DNA of 64,000 bases from Planctomycetota bacterium. GTDB lineage: Bacteria > Planctomycetota > Phycisphaerae > Phycisphaerales > Phycisphaeraceae. The notes under the pieces were generated by a model that worked only from the letters and a program-made list of their open reading frames with translations, was not told the origin of the DNA and did not search any database. The DNA lies in contig JBCCOW010000010.1 in assembly GCA_039025195.1 (NCBI GenBank), positions 7,909 to 71,908 on the forward strand, given 5' to 3'. Below are positions 19,659 through 28,863 of the stretch, one piece after another. Both the position numbers and the translations under genes were made by a program. Each line of letters begins with the position of its first letter. Position 1 is the first letter of the stretch.

Positions 19659-21118
19659 CCACTAGCGGGTGGTGTGTCGCTTCCGTTGCCGTTGGCGGCT
19701 TGGAGGGCGGCTTGGCCAAAGGTAATGGCGTTCTTGCCCTGGCGTTTGGAGGACATGGCCATCTGGTCGGCCTTGTCGAGCAGGACGTCGGGGGTCTGGC
19801 CGTCCCAGGGGAAGGCGGCGAGGCCGCCGGAGATGGTGAGCGAGCCGTGGGCTTCTTCGAGGAGCTTGGGGAACTGGTGGGTGCAGACGGCGTGCTGGAA
19901 CCGGCGGGCGATGTTGAGCACGTCCTGCGGGTGTTGGGAGCCGACACGGCGGGTCTCGCCGTGGTCCCAGAAGATGACGGCGAACTCGTCGCCGCCGATG
20001 CGGGCGACGACGTCGTGGTCGCGGACGACGGACTGCATGAGCCGGGCGGTCTCGGCGAGGACCTCGTCGCCGACGCCGTGGCCGTACTTGTCGTTGTAGC
20101 TCTTGAAGTTGTCGATGTCGAAGACCAGGACGGTGACCTGCTGGCGTTCGGTGCGGGCGCGTTCGAGGATGCGGGTGAGGAAGCGGTTGAAGTACCGGCG
20201 GTTCCAGACGCCGGTGAGCTCGTCGCGCATGGAGAGGTCTTTGAGCTGGGCGAGGCGCTGGTCGAGGGCGAGCCAGCGCGCGAGCCAGGCGGCCCACGCG
20301 GCGAGGGTGTCGTTGGGGACGGGGGTGGGGGCGTGGAGGTGGCCGAAGTGTTCGCCGAGGTAGTCGACGCTGAGGGCGGCGTGGTTTTCGGGGGGTGTGT
20401 CGTTGGGGTCGGCGAGGGTGACGCCGGGGATCTGGGACTGCTGGGCGAGGAGGTCGAGGGCGAGGGGCTTGAGCTGGCCGTGCGCGGCGAGGGCGGCGTC
20501 GATGAGGTCGGTGTCGGCGAGGGTGGCACCGGGGGCCTGCGGGGAGGTGGTCGGCGGCGTCGGGATGGCAACGGGCTGTGACGCGGGTGGAGCGGGTGAG
20601 GCGGGCGGGGTGGTGGGGGCCGTGCGTGGAGGCAAGGGGTGGCCGATGGCTTGGAAGAACTCGGCGGCGGTGGGGTTGCGGGGGAGCGTGATAAAGCCCG
20701 CGTCGTGGAGCTCGGCCACGGTGTCGGCGGGGGTATCGGGATCGGTGAGTGCAACGAGCCGGGTGTGCGGCGCGATGCGGGAGAGAGCCTGTCCGGTGGA
20801 GGCGATGACGTTGGGCATCGCGTTGGCGGGGCCGACGACGGCGGTGGCGGGCTGGGAGACGAGCTCGCCGAGGGCGGCGAGGAAGCCGGGGACGACCTTC
20901 GTGTCGAGGCGGAGGGCGTGATGAGGTGCGGTGTTTGGGGTGGGGTGCGCCGCGTGGTGGAGGCGGTCGGCGAGGGTCTGGTCCTGGATGACCAGCAGCC
21001 GGAGCGGCGTCGGGCGGGGCGCGATGGGCGGCAGGCCCGGCGGGGTGATGAGCTCGGTCGGAGCGGTAGGGGGGGCGTCTTGCGGCGATCGGGATGTCGG
21101 ATGCGGGGCGCTCGACAT
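19655..21118 (-). CDS. Diguanylate cyclase (GGDEF) with N-terminal degenerate receiver-like domain
   Basis: 487 aa. Contains RDELTGVWNRRYF and the active site ARIGGDEFAVIF. An RxxD I-site (RDHD) lies 5 residues upstream. The N-terminal LRLLVIQDQ...AVVGP...RLVALT pattern resembles a receiver that lacks the phospho-Asp. Confidence 0.88.
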   Translation of the reverse strand: MSSAPHPTSRSPQDAPPTAPTELITPPGLPPIAPRPTPLRLLVIQDQTLADRLHHAAHPTPNTAPHHALRLDTKVVPGFLAALGELVSQPATAVVGPANAMPNVIASTGQALSRIAPHTRLVALTDPDTPADTVAELHDAGFITLPRNPTAAEFFQAIGHPLPPRTAPTTPPASPAPPASQPVAIPTPPTTSPQAPGATLADTDLIDAALAAHGQLKPLALDLLAQQSQIPGVTLADPNDTPPENHAALSVDYLGEHFGHLHAPTPVPNDTLAAWAAWLARWLALDQRLAQLKDLSMRDELTGVWNRRYFNRFLTRILERARTERQQVTVLVFDIDNFKSYNDKYGHGVGDEVLAETARLMQSVVRDHDVVARIGGDEFAVIFWDHGETRRVGSQHPQDVLNIARRFQHAVCTHQFPKLLEEAHGSLTISGGLAAFPWDGQTPDVLLDKADQMAMSSKRQGKNAITFGQAALQAANGNGSDTPPASG

Positions 21119-21122
21119 CGGT

Positions 21123-21743
21123 TCACTCGGCGGCCCGCTGGGGGGGCACGGGCGGGAAGGAAGGGGGGGTGGACCCGATGAGCATGGCCAGCTCGTCCTT
21201 GGTCACGATCGGCCCAGGCTCGCCCTCGGCGAAGAGTCGGGGCGGGTTGGTGGGCAGCGGCTTGCTGGCGTTATCTGGTTTGGTGGATTCGGCGGGTTCG
21301 GCGGCTTTCAGAGGGTCGCCTTGGATGGCGTTGAGCTGGGGTTGGCCGTGGTGGTCGGTGACCTGCCAGAGCGCGAGCCGGGGGAAGTAGCAGCGGACGG
21401 TGTCGATGAGTTCAGCACCTTGGGGTTGGTGGGCTGGCTCGACGACGAGCAGGGCGGTGGCCTGGGTCTCGATGGCTTCGAGCAGCGCCGAAGGGGCGTC
21501 GGCGGCGACGGACATCTGGAAGCCACGCCGGCTCATGATCTGGACGAGCGTGCCGGGCACAGGGTGGTCTTGGGCGGCGAGGAGGACGCAGCGGGTCTGG
21601 CTTGCGGCGGACGGCGGCGTGGAGCCCGCCGGGGGTGACGGGCTTGCCGAAGGATCGCTCGCAACGCCTTGCGCGTCGGGCGGCCCGTCGCCGGGGCGCG
21701 GGGGGTGGTGGGGGTGGTGGGGAGGTCTCTCCATTCCAGTCAA
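21123..21743 (-). CDS. Hypothetical protein with pseudo-receiver-like core (start uncertain)
   Basis: 206 aa, ending 4 nt upstream of the GGDEF gene. The core CVLLAAQD...ATALLVVEP...has a receiver-like beta-alpha pattern with Glu in place of the phospho-acceptor Asp. Confidence 0.4.
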   Translation of the reverse strand: MTGMERPPHHPHHPPRPGDGPPDAQGVASDPSASPSPPAGSTPPSAASQTRCVLLAAQDHPVPGTLVQIMSRRGFQMSVAADAPSALLEAIETQATALLVVEPAHQPQGAELIDTVRCYFPRLALWQVTDHHGQPQLNAIQGDPLKAAEPAESTKPDNASKPLPTNPPRLFAEGEPGPIVTKDELAMLIGSTPPSFPPVPPQRAAE

Positions 21744-21969
21744 AGTCTACGCCACGATCGGACGCTGCCCAAATCGGGTGTTGCCCACGATGGACGGTGG
21801 GGAAACGTGCGTGGGTGCGGGGTTGTTGCCGGTTGACGGGGCTCGGATTGGACCGGCATGTCGAGCCTGGTGGGAAGAAAGAAAGGAGATAGGGTTTGCA
21901 CGGATCATGCGGGTTGGCGCGGTCTGGTAGAGTCTGCTGTGCAGGGAGGTATTCTGGAGTGCTCGATCG

Positions 21970-23865
21970 ATGAACATCCCGGTATCACTGGCGGCTGGGG
22001 CACTGACGGTGTCGGAAATCACGGTGCTGCTTGTCGCGCTAGGCGTGCTGCTTGGTACGGCCCGGCTGTTCGGTGAGATCGCCAAGCGGTTCGGGCAGCC
22101 GACGGTTCTAGGCGAAATCCTGGCCGGCGTGGTGCTCGGGGCGACGCTTCTCGGCAACCCGATGTTCTTCGGGGAGGACGGCTGGAATGTGCGGGTATAT
22201 GAGTTTCTGTTCCCGCAGTACCTGACCGAGCCGGACACGGGCGAGAAGGTGCAGGTGGTGGAGCTGGACAACCAGGGGCAGCCGATCCTTGAGGAGGTAG
22301 AGGACCCCGAGACAGGTGAGGTCACGCAGGTCGAGAAGCAGCGGACGATCGCGCACCCGGTGCGGTTCGGGTTGGAGACGTTTTTAACGCTGGCGGTGGC
22401 GTTCTTGTTGCTGACTGCGGGGCTGGAGGTGGACCTGTCGGTGGTGGTGCGGCAGGGGAAGGCGGCGGCGTTGGTGAGCGTGATGGGGATGGTGGTGCCG
22501 TTGGTGCTGGGTTTTGCGTTGGCGATGATCTTGCCGAGGCAGCTGGGGTTCGACCCGGACTATGGGGGATCGTCGCTCCCGTTCGCACTGTTTTTGGGCA
22601 TCGCGATGTCCATCACGGCACTGCCGGTGATTGCGAAGATTCTGCTGGACCTGAACATGTTCCGGTCGGATATGGGCATGCTGATCATGTCGTCGGCGAT
22701 GGTGAACGACCTGCTGGGGTGGATCTGCTTCGCGTTGGTCCTAGCGATGGTGATCCCGCCGGAGCAGGCGACGCTGGATTTGCCGGTGGTGATCGGGGCG
22801 ACGCTGGTGTTTGTGGCGTTTGTGCTGACGGCGGGGCGGTGGCTGGCGAACAAGGCGGTGCTGTGGGTGCAGGCGCACGCGTCGTGGCCGGGCGGGATCC
22901 TGGGGTTTGTGTTGGTGATGGCGCTGCTGTGCGGGGCGATCACGGAGTGGATCGGGATCCACGCGATCTTCGGGGCGTTCTTGGCGGGGGTGGCGATCGG
23001 GGACTCGAAGCACCTGCGTCAACGCACGCGGGAGGTGATCGAGCAGTTCATCACCAACGTGTTTGCGCCGGTGTTCTTTGCGGGGATCGCGCTGCGGGTG
23101 AACTTCATCGACAGCTTTGATTGGTTTGCGGTCGTCGTGGTCCTCGTGGTGGCGATGATCGGGAAGATCTTCGGCTGCTACTACGGGGCCAAGTGGGCGG
23201 GGCTGGACAAGAAGGAGAGTTGGGCGATCGGGTTCGGCATGTCGGCTCGGGGGGCGATGGAGATCATCCTGGCGCAGATCGCGTTGGACTTCGGGCTGAT
23301 CACCAAGGAGCTTTTCGTGGCGATCGTGGTGATGGCGATCGCGACGTCGGTGCTGGCGGGGCCGATGATGCAGCGGGCGCTGGGCCGGAAGCAGAAGCGG
23401 GGGCTGTTGGATTTGATGCACCCGAAGGCGGGGTTTGTGGGCAAGCTCGAGAGCGCCAATCGCGAGGGGGCGATCCGGGAGCTGACCGCTGCGGCGGCCG
23501 AGGCGCTCGAGCGGCCTGCCGAAGACCTGTTCGCGCTGGTCTGGGCGCGGGAGCAGATCATGTCGACCGGCCTGGAGCAGGGCCTGGCGGTGCCACACGC
23601 CCGGGTGACCGGCCTGGACCGTGCGTTCATCTTCGTGGGCATCTCGCCGCCGGGGATCGACTTCGACGCGAAGGACGACCAGCTGGCGGAGGTGGTGTGC
23701 CTGATCCTGTCACCGGTCGAGGACGGTGCGGCACAGGTTGAAGCGCTGACCGCGGTGGCGGGCGGGTTCACGGACGAGGAAGCCCGACGCCGGGTGGTAG
23801 AAGCAACGACCGGCACCGAGTTCCGCGCGGCGTTGGCGACGGTGAGTAGTGGCGAGGCGCACTGA
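21970..23865 (+). CDS. CPA2-family cation:proton antiporter fused to a C-terminal PTS EIIA type-2 (EIIA-Ntr-like) domain
   Basis: 631 aa. There is a multi-TM Na_H_exchanger core (GEILAGVVLG..., AFLAGVAIGDS). The C-terminal ~150 aa carry the EIIA-2 signature GLAVPHARV and FIFVGISP. Confidence 0.85.
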   Translation: MNIPVSLAAGALTVSEITVLLVALGVLLGTARLFGEIAKRFGQPTVLGEILAGVVLGATLLGNPMFFGEDGWNVRVYEFLFPQYLTEPDTGEKVQVVELDNQGQPILEEVEDPETGEVTQVEKQRTIAHPVRFGLETFLTLAVAFLLLTAGLEVDLSVVVRQGKAAALVSVMGMVVPLVLGFALAMILPRQLGFDPDYGGSSLPFALFLGIAMSITALPVIAKILLDLNMFRSDMGMLIMSSAMVNDLLGWICFALVLAMVIPPEQATLDLPVVIGATLVFVAFVLTAGRWLANKAVLWVQAHASWPGGILGFVLVMALLCGAITEWIGIHAIFGAFLAGVAIGDSKHLRQRTREVIEQFITNVFAPVFFAGIALRVNFIDSFDWFAVVVVLVVAMIGKIFGCYYGAKWAGLDKKESWAIGFGMSARGAMEIILAQIALDFGLITKELFVAIVVMAIATSVLAGPMMQRALGRKQKRGLLDLMHPKAGFVGKLESANREGAIRELTAAAAEALERPAEDLFALVWAREQIMSTGLEQGLAVPHARVTGLDRAFIFVGISPPGIDFDAKDDQLAEVVCLILSPVEDGAAQVEALTAVAGGFTDEEARRRVVEATTGTEFRAALATVSSGEAH

Positions 23866-23904
23866 TTTTCGCAGGACTGTGTGCGTAAGGTGATTGGACA
23901 AACC

Positions 23905-25209
23905 ATGACTAGGACGGCCCAAGTGACCGAAACGCTTTTGAATTCAGATGCTTTCCCGCGGTGGGAAGAAGGACGCACACGTGTACCGGTGTGGTGTGTG
24001 ACGCCGGGGATAGACCGTGCGTTGCATCGGTTCTTTATGAACAGCCCGTTTTCGCCATCGGGGCGGTACTTGGCGGTGCTGCGGTTGCCGTATGAGGACC
24101 GTCGGGTGGAGCCGGGGGATGTGGCGGAGGTGTGGGTGGTGGACCTCGGTTCTGGAGCAGAGCGACGGGTGGCGGAGACGCGGGGGTGGGAGATGCAGTT
24201 GGGGGCTAACATCCACTGGGGGGCGGACGATTCGGAGCTGATTTTCAACGATGTGGAGGTGGGCGAGTGGGAGCCGTTTGCGCGGGTGGTTGATCCGGCG
24301 ACGGGAGCGGGTCGTCGGCTTGAGGGGACGGTGTATACGGTGTCGCCGGATGGCCGGTACATCGCGTCGGCGGACATGCGGGCGATGCGTCGGACGCAAG
24401 CGGGGTATGGGGTGGTTCTGCCGGAGGCGTTGGTTCCGGCGCGGCCCGGGTTGAGCGATGACGACGGTTGTTGGGTGACGGATGTGCAGACGGGCAAGCG
24501 GGAACTCGTCGCGTCGATCCGTCGGCTTGTTGAACAATCACAGAATGGTTTTGAACTGGATGATCCTGAGAAGTACGACATCTACGGGTTCCACTCGAAC
24601 TGGAGCCCGAAGGGTGACCGGCTGATGTTTACGGTGAGGTGGACGCCGCGGGAGGCTCGGGGGCTTACCGACGTGACGGAAAATATCCCGCGGTTCCACA
24701 GTGTCCTGACGCTGAAGCCGGACGGCAGCGATATCTACGAGGCGATCCCGAATTCGCGCTGGGTGCACGGCGGGCACCACACGTATTGGGCTCCCGATGG
24801 CGAGTACCTCACCGCGAACCTGCGGTTCCCTGACAGGGAAGGTCTTCGGCTGATCCGAGTGAGGTACGACGGCAGCGGGCTGGAGCGTCTTTCAGACACG
24901 GTGCACGGGTCCGGCCACCCGTCGATGCTGCCCGGCGGCCGATTCATGATCACCGACACCTATACCGATGAGAACGGGTTCTGTGACGACGGGTCGTCGC
25001 TGCTGCGTTGGATCGATCTGGAGGAGCACACGGAGCGGGAGCTGGTGCGTTTCCGGACGAAGCAACCGACGCCTCGGGGTGAAGCGCGGGTGGACCCGCA
25101 TGTCGCGTGGGACCGAGACGGTCGGTACGTCGCGTTCAACGGGTTTATGGATGGGACCCGACGGGTCTACGTAGCGGACTTGGCGTCGGTGATGCCGGGT
25201 GTTTCGTAG
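23905..25209 (+). CDS. TolB/oligogalacturonate-lyase-like beta-propeller protein (function unknown)
   Basis: About 434 aa from the ATG at 23905. It has repeated PD40-like strands (SPSGRYLAV, VSPDGRYIAS, WSPKGDRLMF, WAPDGEYLTA, WDRDGRYVAF). Confidence 0.5.
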   Translation: MTRTAQVTETLLNSDAFPRWEEGRTRVPVWCVTPGIDRALHRFFMNSPFSPSGRYLAVLRLPYEDRRVEPGDVAEVWVVDLGSGAERRVAETRGWEMQLGANIHWGADDSELIFNDVEVGEWEPFARVVDPATGAGRRLEGTVYTVSPDGRYIASADMRAMRRTQAGYGVVLPEALVPARPGLSDDDGCWVTDVQTGKRELVASIRRLVEQSQNGFELDDPEKYDIYGFHSNWSPKGDRLMFTVRWTPREARGLTDVTENIPRFHSVLTLKPDGSDIYEAIPNSRWVHGGHHTYWAPDGEYLTANLRFPDREGLRLIRVRYDGSGLERLSDTVHGSGHPSMLPGGRFMITDTYTDENGFCDDGSSLLRWIDLEEHTERELVRFRTKQPTPRGEARVDPHVAWDRDGRYVAFNGFMDGTRRVYVADLASVMPGVS

Positions 25210-25270
25210 CCGCATGAGCCATCCTACGGGCCGTGTGCGCCGGGCAGAGCCATGGACTCATAGCGGGTGG

Positions 25271-25948
25271 TTACTTGGTGGCCCACTCCATGCCGCGGAC
25301 GACGATCTCCTTGGCTTCTTCGATGTCGAAGTCCTTGTCGGTGTGGCCCCACATCGCACAGAAGACGCGGGCCTTGCCCCAGGTCTTGGTGTAGGCGTAG
25401 GGCATGACCGCGCCCTGGGTGTAGAGCGACGGGTTCTCGTGGCCCTGGTCGAAGATGGTGTGGCAGAGGATGTTGTTGCCGGGGTCGGTGTGGCAGTAGT
25501 ACTGCTCGGTGTTGAGCAGGTCGAAGTCGTCGAGGCCTGCCGTGATGGGATGAGCATCGTCGGAGATGTAGACGCGGTAGCGTTCGATGCAGCCGCCGGG
25601 GTGGGCGACCCACTGGGCGCCGGTCATCCACTGATACTCGGTGTTGCTGCGGAACGCGTCGATCATGCCGCCGTGGAACCCGGCGAGGCCGACGCCGGAT
25701 TGGACAGTCGAATTCAGGGCGGCCCACTGCTCCTTGCTGATCTCGCCCATGGTCCAGATGGGGACGATGAGGTCGAGCGAGCCCATGAGGGATTCGTCGA
25801 GATAGGCGTCGAGGGTGTCCTTGACGGTGACGTCGTAGCCGCGGTCGGTCAGGGCAGTCGCGCAGACCTCGGCCGATTCCTTGGGGGTGTGTCCGGGCCA
25901 GCCGCCCCAGACGATGAGGGCCTTCTTCTTGGTGGGGGTATCGCTCAT
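25271..25948 (-). CDS. ThuA domain-containing protein
   Basis: 225 aa. Contains KKALIVWGGWPGHTP and GLAGFHGG motifs typical of the ThuA-like GATase-fold family. Confidence 0.8.
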   Translation of the reverse strand: MSDTPTKKKALIVWGGWPGHTPKESAEVCATALTDRGYDVTVKDTLDAYLDESLMGSLDLIVPIWTMGEISKEQWAALNSTVQSGVGLAGFHGGMIDAFRSNTEYQWMTGAQWVAHPGGCIERYRVYISDDAHPITAGLDDFDLLNTEQYYCHTDPGNNILCHTIFDQGHENPSLYTQGAVMPYAYTKTWGKARVFCAMWGHTDKDFDIEEAKEIVVRGMEWATK

Positions 25949-26007
25949 GCGCGGGAGGGTAGCGGAAGGAGGTGGGGTTTGCGCGGGAGCGGGTGGGGGG
26001 ATGACCG

Positions 26008-26030
26008 GCGACGCGTCGCGTCGCGGTTAG
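26008..26030. repeat. GC-rich palindromic element GCGACGCGTCGCGTCGCGG(T/C)TAG, copy 1
   Basis: Matches 63502-63524 at 22 of 23 positions and contains the 12-nt perfect palindrome GCGACGCGTCGC. It is intergenic, between the ThuA and VWA genes. Confidence 0.8.
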
Positions 26031-26054
26031 AAACGACCGGCTTGGTGGGTGGGG

Positions 26055-27245
26055 TTAGTGGACGAAGGTCTTTCTCTTTTTGCCGGTGAGGTAGGACTCG
26101 ACGATGGTGGAGCCGAGGTCTTCGGAAGTGCAGTAGTAGGCGACGCCGCGGGTGAGGCGGGTCATGTGGTCGACGAAGCCGACCCAGTCCATGCCGAAGT
26201 AGTCCTCGATGAGGGCGAAGGTGGCGATGCGGATGCCGGACTGCTGGCACTTCATCGCTTCCTGGAGCGTGATATCGCGGGTGCGGGTGGTGGGGGGGTA
26301 GAGGAGGTAGAGCATCTCCTCGCCGGACTCGGGGGAGGTCTCGGCGTGGGCGGTGGGTTGGCCGTCGGTGATGACGAAGATCTGCTTGTTGACGGCCCCG
26401 CGTCGGGCGAGGACGCGGCGGGCCTCGCGTAAGCCGAGGTGGAGGTTGGTGAAGTGCAGCGGCAGGCGGTCCTTCTGGGAGTAGGCCTGTTCGAGGGGGA
26501 CGCGGAGCTTGACCTCGTAGTCGTGGATCGTGACCGGCTTGGGCATGACTAGCGGCAGGTCCTTCTCCTGGATGGACTCGGCCAGCGAGTAGAAGGTCAC
26601 GTAGTCGATGGTGTCCAGCGGGAACCGGCCGCGGATCAGGGCCTGCATCCCGAGGGCAACGCGTTTGGCCTGGATGAATCGGCCGTAGCGGTACATCGAG
26701 CCGGAGAGATCGATGAGGAAGACAGTCGCGCAGTCGGCGGAGCCCTCGGTCTGGTGTAGCTCGAAGTCGTTCATGTTCAGGTCGAGTGGTAAAGGCGTCT
26801 TGCCGGAGGGGGGGCGCTGACGGGACATGGCGTTGCGCATAGTGGCGCCGAGGTCGACGTCGGAGAGGGGGTCGCCGAAGGCGTAGGCCTTGGTGCCCTC
26901 GGTGCGTTCGGTGGTCTTGCCGATCTCGGGGGAGCGGTGGCCGTCCCGGCTACCCTTCTTGAGGTTCTCGAAGACCTCTTCGAGGCAGCGGTGCTGCATG
27001 CCCTGGAGCATGCGGGGGGTGAGGCGGAGCCGGGTGTTGCCGTCCTCGTCCTGGTATTCCTCGAGGAGGCCGGCCTCGAGCATCTGCTGGATGAGTTCCT
27101 GCTCGTTTTCGCCCTCCATGTTCTGCAGGGCGTCGAGGGCGTCGTCGCCGTATTTCAGGAGGAAGTCCATGACGGCCGGCTCGGGGAAGAGCTGGTCGGG
27201 GCTGAGAAAGGGCTGGCCGTCGAAGGCGGAGTATTCGTGGTCCAT
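26055..27245 (-). CDS. von Willebrand factor type A (VWA) domain protein
   Basis: 396 aa. MIDAS-type motif in VFLIDLSGSM, and the later FVITDGQPT. Confidence 0.7.
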   Translation of the reverse strand: MDHEYSAFDGQPFLSPDQLFPEPAVMDFLLKYGDDALDALQNMEGENEQELIQQMLEAGLLEEYQDEDGNTRLRLTPRMLQGMQHRCLEEVFENLKKGSRDGHRSPEIGKTTERTEGTKAYAFGDPLSDVDLGATMRNAMSRQRPPSGKTPLPLDLNMNDFELHQTEGSADCATVFLIDLSGSMYRYGRFIQAKRVALGMQALIRGRFPLDTIDYVTFYSLAESIQEKDLPLVMPKPVTIHDYEVKLRVPLEQAYSQKDRLPLHFTNLHLGLREARRVLARRGAVNKQIFVITDGQPTAHAETSPESGEEMLYLLYPPTTRTRDITLQEAMKCQQSGIRIATFALIEDYFGMDWVGFVDHMTRLTRGVAYYCTSEDLGSTIVESYLTGKKRKTFVH

Positions 27246-27266
27246 GGGGGATGTTAGGCGTTTGAA

Positions 27267-27288
27267 CCATCCCGCTTAAGCGGGATGG
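27267..27288 (-). terminator. Hairpin downstream of rsmG (weak terminator candidate)
   Basis: CCATCCCGC-TTAA-GCGGGATGG, a 9-bp perfect stem. No clear U-tract follows on the minus strand. Confidence 0.35.
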
Positions 27289-27299
27289 CTTGGCATCAA

Positions 27300-28004
27300 T
27301 CAGAGTGGGGTCTTCTTGGGGACGCCGGGGGCGCGGGGGTAGTCGCGGGGGGTGCGGCGGTCCTTGAGGATGCTGACGATGACCAGGTCGTTGTCGAAGC
27401 CGTCGGGGTAGGCGTCGAACACGGCGACGTCGCCGGCCCCGAGGAGGTCGAGGGCGTCGCCGGCGTCTTGTAATTCCTGTTCGGCTTTGGGGCCTTTCAT
27501 GGCGAGCAGCTGGCCGGCCACGCTGACCAGCGGGAGGGTGAGTTCGAGCAGGACGTTCATCGGGCCGACGGCCCGGCAGACCACGGCGTCATACGCCTCG
27601 CGGTGCTTGGCGTCGTGGCCGAGGGTTTCAGCCCGGCCTTGGAGGACAGTGGTGTTGCTCAATCCAAGCGACTCGGCGGTGCTGCGGACATGGTCGGCCT
27701 TCTTGCCGGTGGCGTCGACGAGCGTGAAGCGGAGCTGGGGGCGGGCGATGGCAAGGGGCAGGCCGGGGAAGCCACCGCCGGTGCCGAGGTCGAGCACCGT
27801 GGCACCGTCGTTGAGCTGGTCAAGCCCAGGCAGGGCGGTGAGCGAGTCGAGGACCATCCGGGACGCCACACCCTCGCGGTCTTTGATCGCGGTGAGGTTC
27901 AGGCGTTGGTTGGCGTCGAGCGTCAGATCGACGAGTTGGTCGAGCTGGTTGACCTGTTCAGGGGAGAGGCCGGGGGCGATGGTGTTGAGGTGCGCGTTGG
28001 GCAT
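27300..28004 (-). CDS. rsmG: 16S rRNA (guanine527-N7)-methyltransferase
   Basis: 234 aa. Contains LNLTAIKD and the SAM motif VLDLGTGGGFPGLPLAI. Confidence 0.9.
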   Translation of the reverse strand: MPNAHLNTIAPGLSPEQVNQLDQLVDLTLDANQRLNLTAIKDREGVASRMVLDSLTALPGLDQLNDGATVLDLGTGGGFPGLPLAIARPQLRFTLVDATGKKADHVRSTAESLGLSNTTVLQGRAETLGHDAKHREAYDAVVCRAVGPMNVLLELTLPLVSVAGQLLAMKGPKAEQELQDAGDALDLLGAGDVAVFDAYPDGFDNDLVIVSILKDRRTPRDYPRAPGVPKKTPL

Positions 28005-28063
28005 GCAAGCTGCTAGCGGTTAGAGCCTGGAGCTTAGGAGGCGTGTGGGGTTTGTGGTGTGGG

Positions 28064-28399
28064 TTACTTTTCGTCGTCGGCGAGGTCGTCGGCGAGGGTG
28101 CCGGACCACTGCTCAGCCCCGTCACGGTGGGCGGCCTTGGCGAGGATGTGTGAGCCGATGGGCGTGGCGACAAAGGCGAAGACGATGGTGAGCAGGGCCT
28201 TGGTGGCGACGCCGAAGGTGCCGACATGGAGGACGGCCGCGAGGAGCAGGCCGAGGAGGCCGAGGGTGGTGGCCTTGGAGGCGGCGTGGATACGGTGATA
28301 GACATCGGGGAGTCGGACGAGGCCGAGCGCGCCGACCATCATGAAGAAGAGCCCGAAGGCGAGGCTGATGAGGGCGAGGATGTCGAGGACCCAGTTCAT
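28064..28399 (-). CDS. mrpG: Na+/H+ antiporter Mrp/Mnh subunit G
   Basis: 111 aa. Contains GALGLVRLPDVYHRIHAASKATTLG, the PhaG/MnhG signature. Confidence 0.88.
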   Translation of the reverse strand: MNWVLDILALISLAFGLFFMMVGALGLVRLPDVYHRIHAASKATTLGLLGLLLAAVLHVGTFGVATKALLTIVFAFVATPIGSHILAKAAHRDGAEQWSGTLADDLADDEK

Positions 28400-28863
28400 A
28401 CGTGGGTCTCCGGCGGCGGGGTGTTGGTTGTGGTGTCGTCGGTCTTGCGGCGTGCCCCGATGTATTGCGAGAAGGCGACGGTCGAGGCGAAGCCGATGAT
28501 GGCGACGACGAGGGCGGCGTCGAAGAACAGGTCCGACTCGAGCATCACGGAGAACACCGCGACGATCCCGACGACGATGATGGCGATGGTGTCCCCGGCG
28601 AGGACACGGTCGGCGAGGTGCGGCCCGCGGATCATGCGGTAGATGCAGAGGCAGACCGCGATCAGCAGGACGGCCACGCAGATCGGTGCTGCGACATCGA
28701 CGATGAACTGGCCGAGCGCGGTGCGATCGTCGTGGTGCGAGGGCATGTTCTCGCCGACGGTCTGAGCTACTTGGGCCGCTTTGGCTGCGTACGCGGGTGC
28801 GCTACAGAGCAGGAGACTGACCACGGTGAGCAGGGTCGGGATGACCAGGCGGAGGCGTGTCAT
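28396..28863 (-). CDS. mrpF: Na+/H+ antiporter Mrp/Mnh subunit F (with ~55-aa N-terminal extension)
   Basis: The ATG at 28863 overlaps the mrpE stop (ATGA). The C-terminal ~95 aa (IYRMIRGPHLADRVLAGDTIAI...) form the MnhF core. The longer 456-aa track ORF is out-of-frame shadow over mrpE/mrpD. Confidence 0.8.
   Translation of the reverse strand: MTRLRLVIPTLLTVVSLLLCSAPAYAAKAAQVAQTVGENMPSHHDDRTALGQFIVDVAAPICVAVLLIAVCLCIYRMIRGPHLADRVLAGDTIAIIVVGIVAVFSVMLESDLFFDAALVVAIIGFASTVAFSQYIGARRKTDDTTTNTPPPETHV

Noticed and set aside
21744-21969. Riboswitch or ion-sensing leader upstream of the CPA2-EIIA antiporter gene.
   Set aside because: The 226-nt leader is long, but I could not recognise any known riboswitch core (for example Mn2+ yybP-ykoY or Na+/Li+ nhaA-I) or a convincing conserved fold by eye. 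It is mentioned only as something to scan with Infernal.
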